Assembly (NCBI GenBank): GCA_951406725.2 | Contig: OX597840.1 | Location: forward strand, 23,002,001 to 23,066,000 | Reading direction: 5' to 3' | Source: Octopus vulgaris | Lineage: Eukaryota | DNA length: 64,000 nucleotides | In this document: positions 39,311 to 57,772 of the stretch, in pieces | Position numbering within the stretch: the first letter of the stretch is position 1 | Layout of the letters: every line of letters begins with the position of its first letter | Position numbers and translations under genes: made by a program | The notes under the pieces: model-generated | Databases searched by the model: none | The model's input: only the letters and a program-made list of their open reading frames with translations | Told to the model about the DNA's origin: nothing

Positions 39311-42258
39311 ACATCAGAGGTTTACTAACACACAGTAACAGGACAAAAGTCCCGTTCCTGAGAGACTTTGTCGCATGCAATCAAGCCTTATGCATAGCAC
39401 TCACAGAAACGCATCTGAAACCGGACATAGCAGATGCGGAATTACACATACCACAGTATGTTGTACTACGGACCGACAGGAAAGAAAGGAGTCATGGAGG
39501 AGTTGCTATGTACATCCGTGGGGACCTCACACCCCAGGTCCTTTTGTCATACTCAAACTCGGTGTGTGACACACTAATTGTACACATAAGGCAACTTGAT
39601 GTAGTTGTGTGTGCTACATATCGCCCTCCAGATGCCCCAAGTCATATGGGCAAGTTCGGAGGACTGCCTTTTAAAAATAGAAGAAGTTCTAACCACATTA
39701 GAACAACACATAAGTGTACTTCTCATGGGAGACTTCAATCTACCGAATGTCAGATGGCCCGAGGGCCTTTCTCTCCCAGGAATGACAAGATGTGAACGTG
39801 GACAGGCGAGGTCCCTCCTGAACCTCACCAACACCCTGTACATGGAGCAAGTAATACTGCAACCAACCAGAGCAGGTAACACACTGGATCTCTGCTTCAC
39901 AAATAATATGGATCTCATCCATAATGTGAAAGTGACACCGACACTACTCTCGGATCACAACATGGTAGAGCTGACCATGTACGGGCCAAAAGAGAGCACG
40001 GACATGCAGCCTACAAGAAACCCTCAGAATCTTTCCAGTTTGAACTTCAATAAGGCAAACTGGAAACAAATTGAGAAAGAGATCCTCAAACAAAACTGGC
40101 CTGAATGTCTCTCCTCGCCGGACATCGACATGATACTTCAACAATTCATGTCTGTAATGCAAGCCATATGCTACAAATGTGTCCCAGAGAGAAAGGCCAC
40201 TGTACACAAAAACAAAATCCCCAGAGAGAGGAAAATTTTAATGAGACGGCGTACAAAAATTTCAAATCGCCTAAACAAACAAATTGAAAGTAGTGAAAAG
40301 TCCCGCCTGAAAATAAAACTGCTGGAAATTGAAAATTGTCTGCAACTTTCCCATGAGAAGGAAAGAGCAGACAAAGAAGCCTGGGCTATAGACAACATAA
40401 AAACTAACCCCAGAGCTTTCTACAGGTATGCCAAAGAAACGGCTACAGTGCACTGTAGGATAGGGCCACTCCTTGAAAAGGATGGCACACTCACAGGAAA
40501 ACCAATGAGGGTAAGTGAAATACTGAATGAACAATTCAAGAGTGTTTTCACTCCACCCTTGGGCATTTCCAAATCAGCAATCCAACTGACTTCTTTACCA
40601 CTGCAGATATAGAATCAGAGGCGGCGACGATAAGTTACATCGAGATAAAGGAAGACGATGTAATAAAGGCTATAGATGAAATGAAAATAGACTCAGCTAC
40701 TGGCCCCGATGGATTCCCGGCAATCCTCCTAAAAGTATGTAAGAGAGTCTTAGCAAGACCACTGCAGTCCCTATTTCAGAGCTTCCTTGCAGCTGGCAAA
40801 CTTCCAAGGGGACTGAAGGAAGGTAAAATATGTCCTATTCATAAAGGAGGTAGCAGAGCGGAGGCAAAGAACTACAGACCTATCTCTCTGACCTCACACA
40901 TCAGCAAGGTCATGGAACGAATAGTCAGAAGGAAACTAATCACCTTCCTTGAAGAAAATGACTTGCTGCCTGACACCCAACATGGTTTCCGACCAGGAAG
41001 AAGCTGCTTAACTCAGCTCCTGCAGCACTATGACTGGGTGCTGAAACAACTGCTCAACCACTCAAATGTGGAAGTCATATATCTCGACTTCGCAAAGGCC
41101 TTCGATAAAGTCGATCACGGAATGATATGTCACAGGCTGCGTGATCTTGGCATAGTTGGAAAACTAGGAGAATGGCTTCACGACTTTCTGAAGAATAGAA
41201 GTCAGGTGGTAGTAGCCAATGGGGCCACTTCCATTAACACGCAAATAATGAGTGGTGTTCCACAGGGCACTGTTTTGGGACCACTACTGTTCATAATGGC
41301 CCTCTCAGACATGCCCTCAGCCACGCAGAGATCCACGATCACAAGTTATGCAGATGATACAAAAGTTTCACAGGCAATACAGAACCCTGAGGACACTAAA
41401 AACCTGCAATGTGAGCTGGACGAAATATACAAGTGGGCTGAAAAGAATAGCATGCAGTTCAATGCTGGAAAGTTTCAAGCTTTATACTATCAGCATGCAA
41501 AACTGAATGCAATACCCAATGAATACACTGGACCCGGAGGGATTGCAATCCCAGAGGCACAATCAGTGCGCGACCTGGGTATTCACATGAGTGATGACGC
41601 GACCTTTCATGTACATGTTGCTAAACTGACAGTGAAATGTAGACGGCTGGCTGGCTGGATTCTTAGAACCTTTAGAACAAGAGAACAAGAAACCATGATG
41701 GTCCTCTGGAAGACACTTGTCCTAAGCCACTTTGACTATTGCTCTCAGCTATGGTCACCATCCAGTGTCAAGTTGATCACAGAACTTGAGGCGATCCAAC
41801 GAAGCTACACAAAGAAGATAGCCTCTATGCAGAATGTAAGCTACTGGGAAAGACTCAAGAGATTAAAATTATACTCCCTGGAGCGTAGGCGGGAAAGATA
41901 TGCCATAATATACATCTGGAAGATCCTGGAGGGAAGTGTCCTGAACTTTGGCATCGAGAGTTACACAAATGCCAGAACTGGGCGCCACTGTGTGGTACCT
42001 AGGACTCCAAACCTGCCATCAAGATGTAGGACAAGGTTCTGTGATAGCCTGGGCTTCCGAGGCCCACAGCTCTTCAATATCCTCCCGAAGAACCTGAGAG
42101 ACCTGCATGGGGTGGATACAGATGTCTTTAAAATGAAGCTGGATCTCTTCCTGTCAGGTGTCCCAGATGAACCAACTTCACGGCAGGAGGGGCAGATGAG
42201 GGCAGCTGCATCGAACTCGCTCATGCACCAAATAGCAGTTGCTAAAAAGCCTCCATGA
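39214..42258 (+). CDS. LINE ORF2: APE endonuclease + reverse transcriptase (frameshifts at ~39660 and ~40558)
   Basis: ORF pieces 38959-39795, 39605-40612 and 40681-42258 join into a complete APE-RT. The 40558 shift is CCC here versus CCCC in the sister copy. Confidence 0.9.
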
Positions 42259-42349
42259 AGTGAAACCAAGTAGCAACACCAAATGGCGGTGCCCCAGCAT
42301 GGCCACAGCTCATAGGCTGGAACTGGAATCAATCAATCAATCAATCAAT

Positions 42350-43587
<1,238 letters not shown>

Positions 43588-43629
43588 AAGGGGAACTAAC
43601 TCCATTCTTTAAATGCGGCTCTACTTTAT

Positions 43630-44260
43630 TTTAAATTAGACTTAGATATGTTTCGACTAAAGATTGGTCCAGGCCATGTCTAACTTAATAGCACCACCTG
43701 ATAGGATTATCTAAATCCTGTTTAAGTCAAGTTTTGTTTATGGTCCATTCAAGTAGTGAGTTGTATCCAGGTATGGGTGGCTTATTCGGTATTCCTTGAC
43801 GAAATCTGTCCAGGCTCCGTTTCCTTTTTGATCTCTTTCGGGACAATGTTAAACAGGGCAGGGCCTGTTGAGGAAAAGAAATTCTGTTGCAGTGTACATG
43901 TATGCTGTGATCTTGAATTGGGCAGGGGACGTATGGCCTGTGGTCCCAGCCTTGTATGAACCTTGAAACTAATGTTCAGGGCGGTATATTCTCCACATCA
44001 TACAAATGATGTACCGCTTGCGGCAGAGCTGGAGAGAGTAGAGTTTAGAGGCTTTAAGGCGGTCCCAATAATCGAGAGAAGTTATGCCTTCAATTCGTTT
44101 AGTGAGTGTCCTCTGGGGCGATTCAATCTCCGAGATGTTTTGTTTTGTATGGGGATACCACAAAGGGCAGCAGTATTCGAGGTGTGACCGTACAAAGGAG
44201 GAGAAAAGTGGTATGATGACACCTAGTTCTCTGGACCGGAAGGTTCTTTGATATTTTTTG
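43630..44260 (-). mobile_element. Old 3' fragment of a third CR1/L2-group LINE subfamily
   Basis: Translates IESPQRTLTKRIEG...YWDRLKASKLYSLQLCRKRYII, homologous to the ORF2 C-terminus. Confidence 0.7.
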
Positions 44261-46083
44261 AAATGGTCGTGGCATTTCCTCGGGTGAGAGCGAAGACATT
44301 GGATTAGTTTCCAAATATTGGCACAAGGCCAGCAATTCCACAGGAAGTGTTGAATTGATTATCTCAGCTCCAGTGCTCAAAAGGGGCTTATTTTCATCAA
44401 ACCCATCTCTGGATGAAAGACAATGTCCACTTTGGAAGAATTTAAATGCATAAACGATGTCAAAAGAATCTAGCTAAGCATTTTGCCCGATGTGCTAACG
44501 ATCCTACCGGTTTGCCACCTTAGTTTATTATTAATTAAAAAAATTAAGAGGATGTATTTAAGAAACAGAGGTTCATTTGCATTTCTATAGCACTCATAAC
44601 TTTAGCTTTGTTAAATATACTTGGCATCCGTAATAATTGCACCAAAGTGCAAGTGTTGAGTGACGGTCTCTATAAAAAAAAAAGAAAATCCTTTTTGCAA
44701 TCACCACACCAGCACCATCATCATCACTATAAGTTTCAGGAACAAAACTTGTTTCATTTCAGGTCTTTTGATTATATCAACTTTTAACAATACAAACCCT
44801 ATCTGCCTCCACCGTCCATCTCTTTAACCTCACTCTCTCACAAATAATGTATCCTAAACATATCTCTTTCTCTTCATTTTTCCCTTCAGCTAACCTGTTA
44901 ACCAAATAACAAGTATTCCTTCCACACCACACCACATATCATTAACACTTCTCCCTCCCACTTTGTCTCTCATTCTTCACCTCTACCTTCAGCTGACCAC
45001 ATGATGCTCTTAAACTAGTGGGACCTGTGATTATTTCATGAAATTAATAGCAAACCTATTCGGGTATTTCTGAAAACTTTATCTAAAACCTTTAAAGTGT
45101 AGCCTGTGTTGTGTCTGTATCAAAAGATAGTCACCCATCTCTTATTCATTGAAAAGTGAAGGAAATTGGAATATAATAATGACTCAATGCACTTCATATA
45201 GCTTATATATTTTATGCACAATTTTATACACTCAGCTCTCATAAAATAAATCCTCACTCTCATTTTTCCATTTTGACCATAAACAAATAAAATTACATTT
45301 TGAAATTGAAATGGTCAAATTTTTCTTCCAGAAAACAAGAATTGTATAGTAAAATATAGGAGTAAAAAATTAAAGGAACATGGCATACACTGAAAACCGT
45401 ATCATTGGTAACTTATAAGCCAAGGTGATGGGTCAGAGATAATACACATTTCAATTTGTAGGTGATACAAAAATTTATTTCAATGAAAAGACAAAACCGT
45501 TTTCACTATGCACTCACTACCATATCTGTCTGTGTGTGTGTGTGTGTGCGTGTTATATTTGTGGGAGGTTTGGATAATATTTTTTGCAAGGTAATTACAT
45601 ATCACAAAAGGAGACCGAAGAAAAGTTTGATATTATTTATTCAGCATTACATGTGTTTCATTACCTAATAGGAATCACTAACTTTTAGACAAAGAGAAAA
45701 CATGTAAAATAACTCCTATAAGAAATTCTTCATACATATATATATATACATGTGTGTGAGTGTGTGTGTGTATGCACAAGTGAGTGTACCCGTGTCAAGA
45801 TATCATGTGATGTCCGTAAATGGCCATCATGACCGTCATACTTGTGCAGTTTTCATTTCCAGTCCTCTGCGTGAAATATGTCTCACCAGGGAAAATATTT
45901 CCTTGCTTGGAAATAGGTGAGGATTGGTCACAAGAAAGGGAACCCAGCTCAGGAAATTCTCCATCAATGAATTCCATCTGGTCCATTGAAGCATGGAAAA
46001 GTGAATGTTAAATGATGAGGATCATCATCATCGTGGTTCCTCTTCTGTATGAATTCATTTACAATTCAATAATTTATCCATTT

Positions 46084-47624
<1,541 letters not shown>

Positions 47625-48289
47625 TCAAGTTGTACAGATCAACAACTTTTCAATAATATTTCTCCTCTCACCAAAATATATGGATATTTTCTTCTTTTTG
47701 CTTTTATAGTTTATTCCAAACAAATATCACTTCTCTTATATTTCTTCTGAACGTGATCAATGCCAATATTTAAAAATGTCGCAAATACTCTTTGGAATCC
47801 ATCAAAGTATATTTAAAACAGAAAATTATCTCTTGCACATTTTAGACACAGAAGTAAAGAAATGCTTTCTCTCTCAGAGGAAATATTTTACTGTAATTCA
47901 GCAATGTTTTATAGAAGCAGGATTATACGTTTGTCGAATATCTTTGCAGAGTCTTTCAAACATGATACATATTGATGATTCTTTAAAATTAAAAAAATAC
48001 TTTTTAGCCAATTTCAGGTGATTTTCTGAAAGAATACAAAAAATAATATAAGACATCAAGTATGTTTAAAAGGCAGATATTCAAAAGTGCAAATTTACGA
48101 CATTTCTGTTTTCATAAATTGTAGAAGTAATTCTTTATCTGAACTATTATATTTATCCCATCTATTTTCAAGAAGTTTATATCAGGGAGTAGATACATGT
48201 ATTATAATAACATCTCCTGGACATTAATTCTGTCCTAGACACACACATAGCAATATACATGTCAGTGACACTAGACAGCAGATGTTTTC

Positions 48290-48510
48290 ATCTGAAGGAG
48301 GTTTTCTCCAGTGTCTGAGTATGCTTGGGTCTAGTTAGGCAACAGAGAATGATTCACCAATGATATCACAGTGATATGGCCTCTTCCCTCTATGAACTCT
48401 TGTGTGAGTAGTGAAGTTACGTATTCGATAGAATGACTTGCCACAGATATTACAGTGATATGGTTTCTCCTCCAAATTAGTACGTTTGTGTTGCGCTAAG
48501 TTTTTGAACA
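48290..48510 (-). pseudogene. Short C2H2 finger relic (copies at 55883-56095 and 63757-63965)
   Basis: [21 protein letters not shown]...; 2-3 decayed fingers. Confidence 0.65.
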
Positions 48511-48618
48511 CACACACCACCACACTCCAGACCAATTCCACCCCCCGCCCTGCCATATGCAATGGAAAACATGGGAGAAACCTTTTCGATTTTAAAATGA
48601 ATTGAATTTTTTCACAGG

Positions 48619-48936
48619 AAAAGTGTGCGATTTAAAGGAGATTTGGCTGTTGTTTCTAGCACTTCCCAATACCACCCTCCTTGTTTTTCAATATTTCCCG
48701 CCATAAACACATTTACGCTATTAAAAAAAATTAACGAAAAATTTGAAAATCTATGATTTTTTAAAAAAATCCTACAATCACCTCTCGATTATTTTTGTTT
48801 ACAATTCTAAAATATTGGAGAGCCTGAGAGGATTATTGCTGGGATTTATCTAGAGTGATTTCAATAAGAGAAAAACGAGTGTGGTCTTGCACGTACTAGA
48901 AACAACAGCCAAATCTCCCTTAAATCACACACTTTT
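48619..48936. repeat. ~320-bp segment bounded by ~43-bp inverted repeats (MITE-like; copy at 56205-56521)
   Basis: AAAAGTGTGCGATTTAAAGGAGATTTGGCTGTTGTTTCTAG ... CTAGAAACAACAGCCAAATCTCCCTTAAATCACACACTTTT. Confidence 0.5.
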
Positions 48937-50029
48937 CCCTCGTCCCTTACCAAAAACTTTGTAATCGTAATGTACTCAGTTCCGTGATAATAAATCTAAT
49001 GTTTTAGTCACTTTGGAGATTTTTCATCGATAATCTATCAGCTTTTACTTTTGTTGATCTTTTCTCTGATTCTTAGCATTTATTATGTTCTTTTTTAACG
49101 ACATAATGACTCAATTAAAATAATGCTTCCTCTTAATTCGGTTTTGTATTTCCTAATTATTAAAATGTGAAACCACACTTAAAACCATTCTCAGTGACAT
49201 TTTGATTATTATTATTATAATGTCTATATATTTTAATGGACATAAAAATGTTTATAATGCTTCAAGCATGGAAAATTAAATTATTGGTGACTGATTTGAG
49301 TAAACTAAATTTCACAAGGCGATAGTTTTTAAACATTAGTGATCAACGTCGTGTCGATATTTTTTTTTATATCTTCTCTACTAATGTTCGAGTAAAAGAT
49401 TATATAAACGGGTTTTTATAGTTATTTTTGGTCAAATTAGGTACTTTCTAGTGTTTCAATTCAAAGCCCTTTCATTTCGTCTGTATACCATATTGCCTTT
49501 TCGTTTCAGTAATTTAAGCGCACAATCGTACTTTTATACATTCCCCACCTTTTGTTACAAATTACATCGTAATTATTAAAATAACAGCCTTACTTTCATA
49601 TAATTTCTTCTTTGTTTGGTTAGATTCTTTCTTTTAACTTATTCAACACATGGAAACAAACAGATGTACGTAATATGATACTTAATACAATAGAAATGTC
49701 TTTATAATACTTACATAGTAATTGATATAAAGAGAGAGTCAACGAGTCAGAGCGGACAACGACAGCTTCAAGAGAATTTCTTCCTTTTTCCAACGAACGT
49801 TACTTCATATTTTTCAGCTCCACAGAATCGTAAATGCTGTATCTGCTTCTTTAGACATTTAATTACCAATCATTTGTATATATTTGATTGGATTTTCTCT
49901 TAAATATCAGTTGTCAAGTGGAACTGATCAAACAATCAAGGTGCGTGAGAAACAGGAGGAAGTAGGAAGAGTTAACAAGGGGAACGAACTCTTGTCTTTA
50001 AATATTAACGGCTTTACTGATATATATTT

Positions 50030-51255
50030 GAGTAGCAGTATAACCCGGCGTTGCTCGGTATTAAATTCGGATCATTAAGTTATGAAATTATTTATTTCAA
50101 ACCAAAATAAGTGACAATGACATCACATTCGTGCGAAATCTGCTGAAATTGGCAAAAGTGGGATCGCAGGCAATTTGAATGGGAAATACCATAAGGAATC
50201 AGTTTATCGATTATTTCCACTCATCGGCTTTTTTTTGAGAACTTAAAGCATTCAAAGATCCCATAAGTCCTAAGTAATGCTGGCATCGAGTTTGAGCAAA
50301 ATATGTCGAAATTTGTAAAAGTTATGGTTGAAAATGGGGTGTAGCCAATTTTAGCAGAAACCCTATAAGGAATTAGTTTATCAAGTGATGAAGTGATTTA
50401 TTTCAAACCAAAATAAGTGACAATGACATCACATTTGAGCGAAATCTGCTGAAATTGGCAAAAAATCAATGCCTGCTACCGTTGGTGTTTGGCCTTGTGA
50501 TTTGTTGATGGACATGGTGAAGCTTGGTCTGACCAGCAACTGCAATCTGCAGAACTTGACCGGCATGTCTGACCGTGAGGGATAAAGCTGCATCCTTGAA
50601 ATGAAAACATCTTCACCCCTCCTGCACCCTGTAACAATGGTGGCCTAAATCAAGTGGGGCGTCAGGGACTTGATTACTAAGCGGGTCCTGTTGCACTGTT
50701 TAGGCGGAAGTAACTTTCTGATTAGCCTAATTGGGCATCCAACCCTTAGCCTGAGGACGTGAGGTGGAAGCCCTGCTGGCTCCAATGAGTTGAGAAACTC
50801 GATAGGGTAAATGACAATGCCTTGTGGGTCAGACGTCCGGTCAATTGATTTGTAGATGTACTCCTCACCCGGAATTCGTCATATGAGCTGGTCATTGATA
50901 GCACTGACACCTATGTTTTGTGGGGCCAGGATGGTTCTTTCACCGAGCCAATTGATGTCTGCATAATTACTTTCCAGATTGGGGAACACTGTTACCAAAA
51001 GACCGAAAGGGTTGTTCACGGAGTTGCACAGTTCATAGACTGATATGTTGCCCCTATCATTCCTAGGGACCTTGTCTTCTCCAAGGGCTAAAATTTCTTC
51101 TGCAAATGCAGCAGACATTCTATCACCAAGCAAGTGTGCATGCATGTTTGTGATTAGGCTTAAGGTCTTAACCTGGGGCCACAACATGGATGACTTAAGG
51201 CATGCGTGCACTTCATCAGCCCTGCTCCCTTTAGGAAAGACAGGAAGGATTTGCA
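50030..51255 (-). mobile_element. Helitron/Helentron relic with PIF1-family helicase fragment
   Basis: Minus strand encodes QILPV...ACLKSS.LW...NM, YPIEFLNSLEPAGLPPHVLRLRVGCPI and MSINKSQGQT. A TAGCAGTATAACCCGGCGTTGCTCGG end motif lies at ~50033, with ~80-bp direct repeats at ~50080 and ~50385. Confidence 0.8.
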
Positions 51256-51505
51256 CACTTCTTTCTGAGTCTTTTCTCCCTCTTCCCACCTCACTCCTAA
51301 CCTTATCCTCTTTTCTTTCTCCCAGTTTTTCTCTAATAGCTGAAAGTGTTATTGACAGGCTAAATAACGTAACGACAAGCAGAATTATTATAAGATCACC
51401 TTTCTCTACTTCTTCACTCCTCCATCCCTCTCATGCCTACTTTACATAACAAAAGTATACCAGTTGGAGAGAGAGAAGCTGGTTATACATATATATATAT
51501 ATATA

Positions 51506-51651
51506 GGGAGAGTTTACGAAAAAAACAAAAGACGAAGACAGGTGGTGTACAAAACAAACAGATGTATTAATATAACGCTCAGGAATAGAAAAAATATTTT
51601 ACGTTTCGAGCCTACGCTCTTCTACAGAAAGGAACACAGAAAAAAAACGAG
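51506..51651 (-). mobile_element. Penelope-like solo terminal repeat with hammerhead-like fold
   Basis: Minus strand reads CCTTT-CTGTAGA-A-GAGC-GTAG-GCTC-GAAA-CG-TA-AAA. It sits in a short TA run that is empty in the paralogous flank at ~9240. Confidence 0.6.
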
Positions 51652-52049
51652 GATATATACACATATTATTTTTGCATTAGGTTTGGTTATTTTTACAGAG
51701 TAATTAAATATCACATAAGGAGACGGGAGAAAAGTTTGATATTATTTATTCAGCATTACATGTGTTTCATTTCCTAATAGGAATTATAAATTTTTAGACA
51801 AAGAGAAAACATGTAAAATATCACCTCCAAGAAATTCTCCAGACATACAGATGTGTGTGTGTACCCTTGTCCAGATGTGATGTTTGTAAATGACCATCAT
51901 ACAAATGCAGTTGGTCATTTCCAGTCTTCTGTGTGGAATACGTCTCACCATGGAAAACGTTTCCTTGCTTGGAAACATATGGGGATTGGCAACAGGAAAG
52001 GTACCCGGGTGAAGAGAATCTCCATCACTGAAGTCCGTGTGATAGACAG

Positions 52050-53324
<1,275 letters not shown>

Positions 53325-53594
53325 CTCATCAAGAAATATAAAATGAATCCTTAAAGTTTTATATGTCAATAACTTTTCAATAATATTTCTCCTCTCACCA
53401 AAATTTATGGATATTTTTCTTCTTTTTGTCTTTATAGTTTACTCCAAACAAATATCACCTCTCTTATATTTCTTCTAAATGTGATCAATGCCAATATTTA
53501 AAAATGTCGCAAATACTCTTAGGAAATCTATCAAAGTATATTTAAAACAGAAAATTGATCCGTTTTCATAGAATGATTTAGCACAAATAGCTTA

Positions 53595-53783
<189 letters not shown>

Positions 53784-53971
53784 TCAATGGTGGATGATTT
53801 CAAATGAAAGATTTACTAGAGATATCACATTCATAACATCGTTTCAATCATGTGTAGAGATTTTCCTGAGGTACAAGCTTGTCCTTCTGAGGGAATGTTA
53901 TACAACAAATGTCACTGTGCTATGGATCCTTTGCACCTGTGTTTAATTAAATGATGTTTTTGTGAGAATTA

Positions 53972-54082
<111 letters not shown>

Positions 54083-55198
54083 TTACTCACCTGTATGAAT
54101 ACGTTTGTGTGTAGCTAAGTTCCTCTTTTCAGTGTAAGATTTACCACAGATATCACAGTGATATGGTTTCTCACCTGTATGAATACGTTTGTGTTTAGTT
54201 AAGTTACTCTTTTCAGTGTAAGATTTACCACAGATATCACAGTGATATGGTTTCTCTCCTGTATGAACCCGTTTGTGTTGAGTTAAGTGACTGCTAGTAG
54301 AAAATGATTTACCACAGATATCGCAGGGATATGGTTTCTCTCCTGTATGAACCCGTTTGTGTTGAGTTAAGTAACTGCTAGTAGAAAATAATTTACCACA
54401 GATATCACAGTGATATGGTTTCTCTCCTGTATGAACCCGTTTGTGTTGAGTTAAGTAACTGCTAGTAGAAAATGATTTACCACAGATATCACAGTGATAT
54501 GGTTTCTCTCCTGTATGAACTCGTTTGTGTTGAGTTAAGTAACTGCCAACAGAGAATGATTCACCACAGATATCACAGTGATATGGTTTCTCTCCTGTAT
54601 GGATACGTTTATGATGAGTTAAACTACTGCCAACAGAGAATGATTCACCACAGATATCACAGTGATATGGTTTCTCTCCTGTATGAACCCGTTTGTGTTG
54701 AGTTAAGTAACTGCTAGTAGAAAATGATTTACCACAGATATCACAGTGATATGGTTTCTCTCCTGTATGAACCCGTTTGTGTTGAGTTAAGTAACTGCTA
54801 GTAGAAAATGATTTACCACAGATATCACAGTGATATGGTTTCTCTCCTGTATGGATACGTTTATGACGAGTTAAACTACTGCCAACAGAGAATGATTCAC
54901 CACAGATATCACAGTGATATGGTTTCTCTCCTGTATGAACCCGTTTGTGTTGAGTTAAGTGACTGCTTTTAGAGAATGATATACCACAGATATCGCAGGG
55001 ATAAGTTTTCTCTCCTGTATGAACCCGTTTGTGTTGAGTTAAGTGACTGCTACTTAAGAATGATTTACCACAGATATCACAGTGATATTGTTGCTCCTTT
55101 GCATGAATTTGTTTGTGTTGATTGAATTTACTTTCTTCTAAGAATGACTCTTTGCAGATGTCACAGTCATATGATGATTTTCTTAATTCTTCTGACAT
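54083..55198 (-). CDS. Poly-C2H2 zinc-finger protein (~13 fingers)
   Basis: 371-aa intact ORF of C2H2 repeats. Confidence 0.9.
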   Translation of the reverse strand: MSEELRKSSYDCDICKESFLEESKFNQHKQIHAKEQQYHCDICGKSFLSSSHLTQHKRVHTGEKTYPCDICGISFSKSSHLTQHKRVHTGEKPYHCDICGESFSVGSSLTRHKRIHTGEKPYHCDICGKSFSTSSYLTQHKRVHTGEKPYHCDICGKSFSTSSYLTQHKRVHTGEKPYHCDICGESFSVGSSLTHHKRIHTGEKPYHCDICGESFSVGSYLTQHKRVHTGEKPYHCDICGKSFSTSSYLTQHKRVHTGEKPYHCDICGKLFSTSSYLTQHKRVHTGEKPYPCDICGKSFSTSSHLTQHKRVHTGEKPYHCDICGKSYTEKSNLTKHKRIHTGEKPYHCDICGKSYTEKRNLATHKRIHTGE

Positions 55199-57772
55199 CT
55201 CTTCAAGAAAAATAAAACTGAACCTTCAATTTGTACAGATCAATAACTTATCAAAAATATTTCTCCTCTCACCAAAATTCATGGATATTTTGCTTCTTTT
55301 TGTTTTTATAGTTTATTCCAAACAAATATCACTTCTCTTATATTTCTTCTAAATGTGATCAATGCCTATATTTAAAAATGTCGCAAATACTCTTAGGAAA
55401 TCTATCAAAGTATATTTAAAACAGAAAATTATCTCTTGCACATTCCAGACACAGAAGTAAAGAAATACTTTCTCTCTCAGAGGAAATATTTTACTATAAT
55501 TCAGCGATGTTTTATAGAAGCAGGATTATACGTTTGTAGAATATCTTTGCAGAGTCTTTCAAACATGATACATATTGATGATTCTTTAAAAGTAAAAAAT
55601 ACTTTTTAGCCAATTTCATGTGATTTTCTGAAAGAATAGAAAAAATAATATAAGACATTAAGTATGTTTAAAAGGCAGATATTCAAAAGTGCAAATTTAC
55701 GACATTTCTGATTTCAAAAATTGTAGAAGTAATTCTTTATCTGAACTATTAAATTTATCCCATCTCTATTCTCAAGAGGTTTATATCACAGACATATCTA
55801 TCGTAATAACACCTCCTGGACATTGCATCTGTCCTAGAAACACACCAATATACATGTCAATGACACTAGACAGCTGATGTTTTCATCTGAAGGAGGTTTT
55901 CTCCATTGTCTGAGTATGCTTGGGTCTAGTTAGGCAACTACTAACAGAGAATGATTCACCAATGATGTCACAGTGATATGGCTTCCCCCTTCCATGAACT
56001 CTTGTGTGAGTAGTGAAGTTACGTCTTTGATAGAATGACTTACCACAGATATTACAGTGATATGGTTTCTCCTCCAAATTAGTACGTTTGTGAACACACA
56101 CACCACCACACTCCAGGCCAATTCTGCTTCCTCCCCGCCATATGCAATGGAAAACATGGTAGAAACCTTTTCTATTTTAAAATGAATTGAATCTTTCCAC
56201 AGGAAAAGTGTCTGATTTAAAGGAGATTTGGCTGTTGTTTCTAGCACTTCCCAATACCACCCTCCTTGTTTTTCAATATTTCCCGCCATAAACACATTTA
56301 CGCTATTAAAAAAAATTAACGAAAAATTTGAAAATCTATGATTTTTTTTAGAAACCCTACAATCACCTCTCGATTATTTTTGTTTACAATTCTAAAATAT
56401 TGGAGAGCCTGAGAGGATTATTGCTGGGATTTATCTAGAGTGATTTTAATAAAAGAAAAACGAGTGTTGTCTTGCACGTACTAGAAACAACAGCCAAATC
56501 TCCCTTAAATCACACACTTTTCCCTCGTCCCTTACCAAAAATCTTTGTAATCGTAATGTACTCAGTTCCGTGATAATAAATCTAATGTTTTAGTCACTTT
56601 GGAGATTTTTCATCGATAATCTATCAGCTTTTACTTTTGTTGATCTTTTCTCTGATTCTTAGCATTTATTATGTTCTTTTTTAACGACATAATGACTCAA
56701 TTAAGATAATGCTTCCTCTTAATTCGGTTTTGTATTTCCTAATTATTAAAATGTGAAACCACACTTAAAACCATTCTCAGTGACAGTTTGATTATTATTA
56801 TTATAATGTCTATATATTTTAATGGACATAAAAATGTTTATAATGCTTCAAGCATGGAAAATTAAATTATTGGTGACTAAAATTCACAAGGCGATAGTTT
56901 TTAAACAATAGTGATCAGCCTTCGTTTTATACGTCGTGTCGATATTTTTTTATATCTTCACTACTAATGTTCGAGTAAAAGATTATATAAACGGGTTTTT
57001 ATATTTATTTTTGGTCAAATTAGGTACTTTCTAGTGTTTCAATTCAAAGCCCTTTCATTTCGGCTGTAAGCGATATGGCCATTTCGTTTCAGTAATTTAA
57101 GCGCACATTCATACTTTTATACATTCCCCATCTTTTCTTACAAATTACATCGTAATTTACCCGCATTTAACTAAATTGTCAAAAGGAGGAATTTCATCTA
57201 AACGAGGTATTAATCTGACATTAAGAAATATAGGAAATGACGGCGATCCGGAAGGCGTAACCACAAATGCGATGAAATATCGAAAAGAGAAGGGATAACA
57301 CAATGAAAGTATTAAAAGAACAGCCTTACTTTTATATAATTTCGTCTTTGTTTATTGAGATTCTTTCTTTTGACTTATTCAACACATGGAAACAAACAGA
57401 TGTACGTAATATGATACTTAATACAATAGAAATGTCTTTATAATACTTACATAGTAATTGATATAAAGAGAGAGTCAACGAGTCAGAGCGGACACTGACA
57501 GCTTCAAGAGAATTTCTTCCTTTTTCCAACGAACGTTACTTCGTATTTTTTACGTCCACAGAATCGTAAATGCTGTATCTGCTTCTTTAGACAGTTAATT
57601 ACCAATCATTTGTATATATTTGATTGGATTTTCTCTTAAATATCAGTTGTCAAGTGGAACTGATCAAACAATCAAGGTGCGTGAGAAACAGGAGGAAGAA
57701 GCAAAAGTAGGAAGAGTTAACAAGGGGAACGAACTCTTGTCTTTAAATATTAACGGCTGTACTGATATATAT

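Larger units (their letters stand above)
37066..42349 (+). mobile_element. Apparently full-length CR1/L2-group LINE, subfamily B (5' boundary uncertain)
   Basis: Repeat-containing leader, ORF1, overlapping APE-RT ORF2, 3' hairpin and (AATC)n tail; TA tracts on both sides. Confidence 0.85.
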
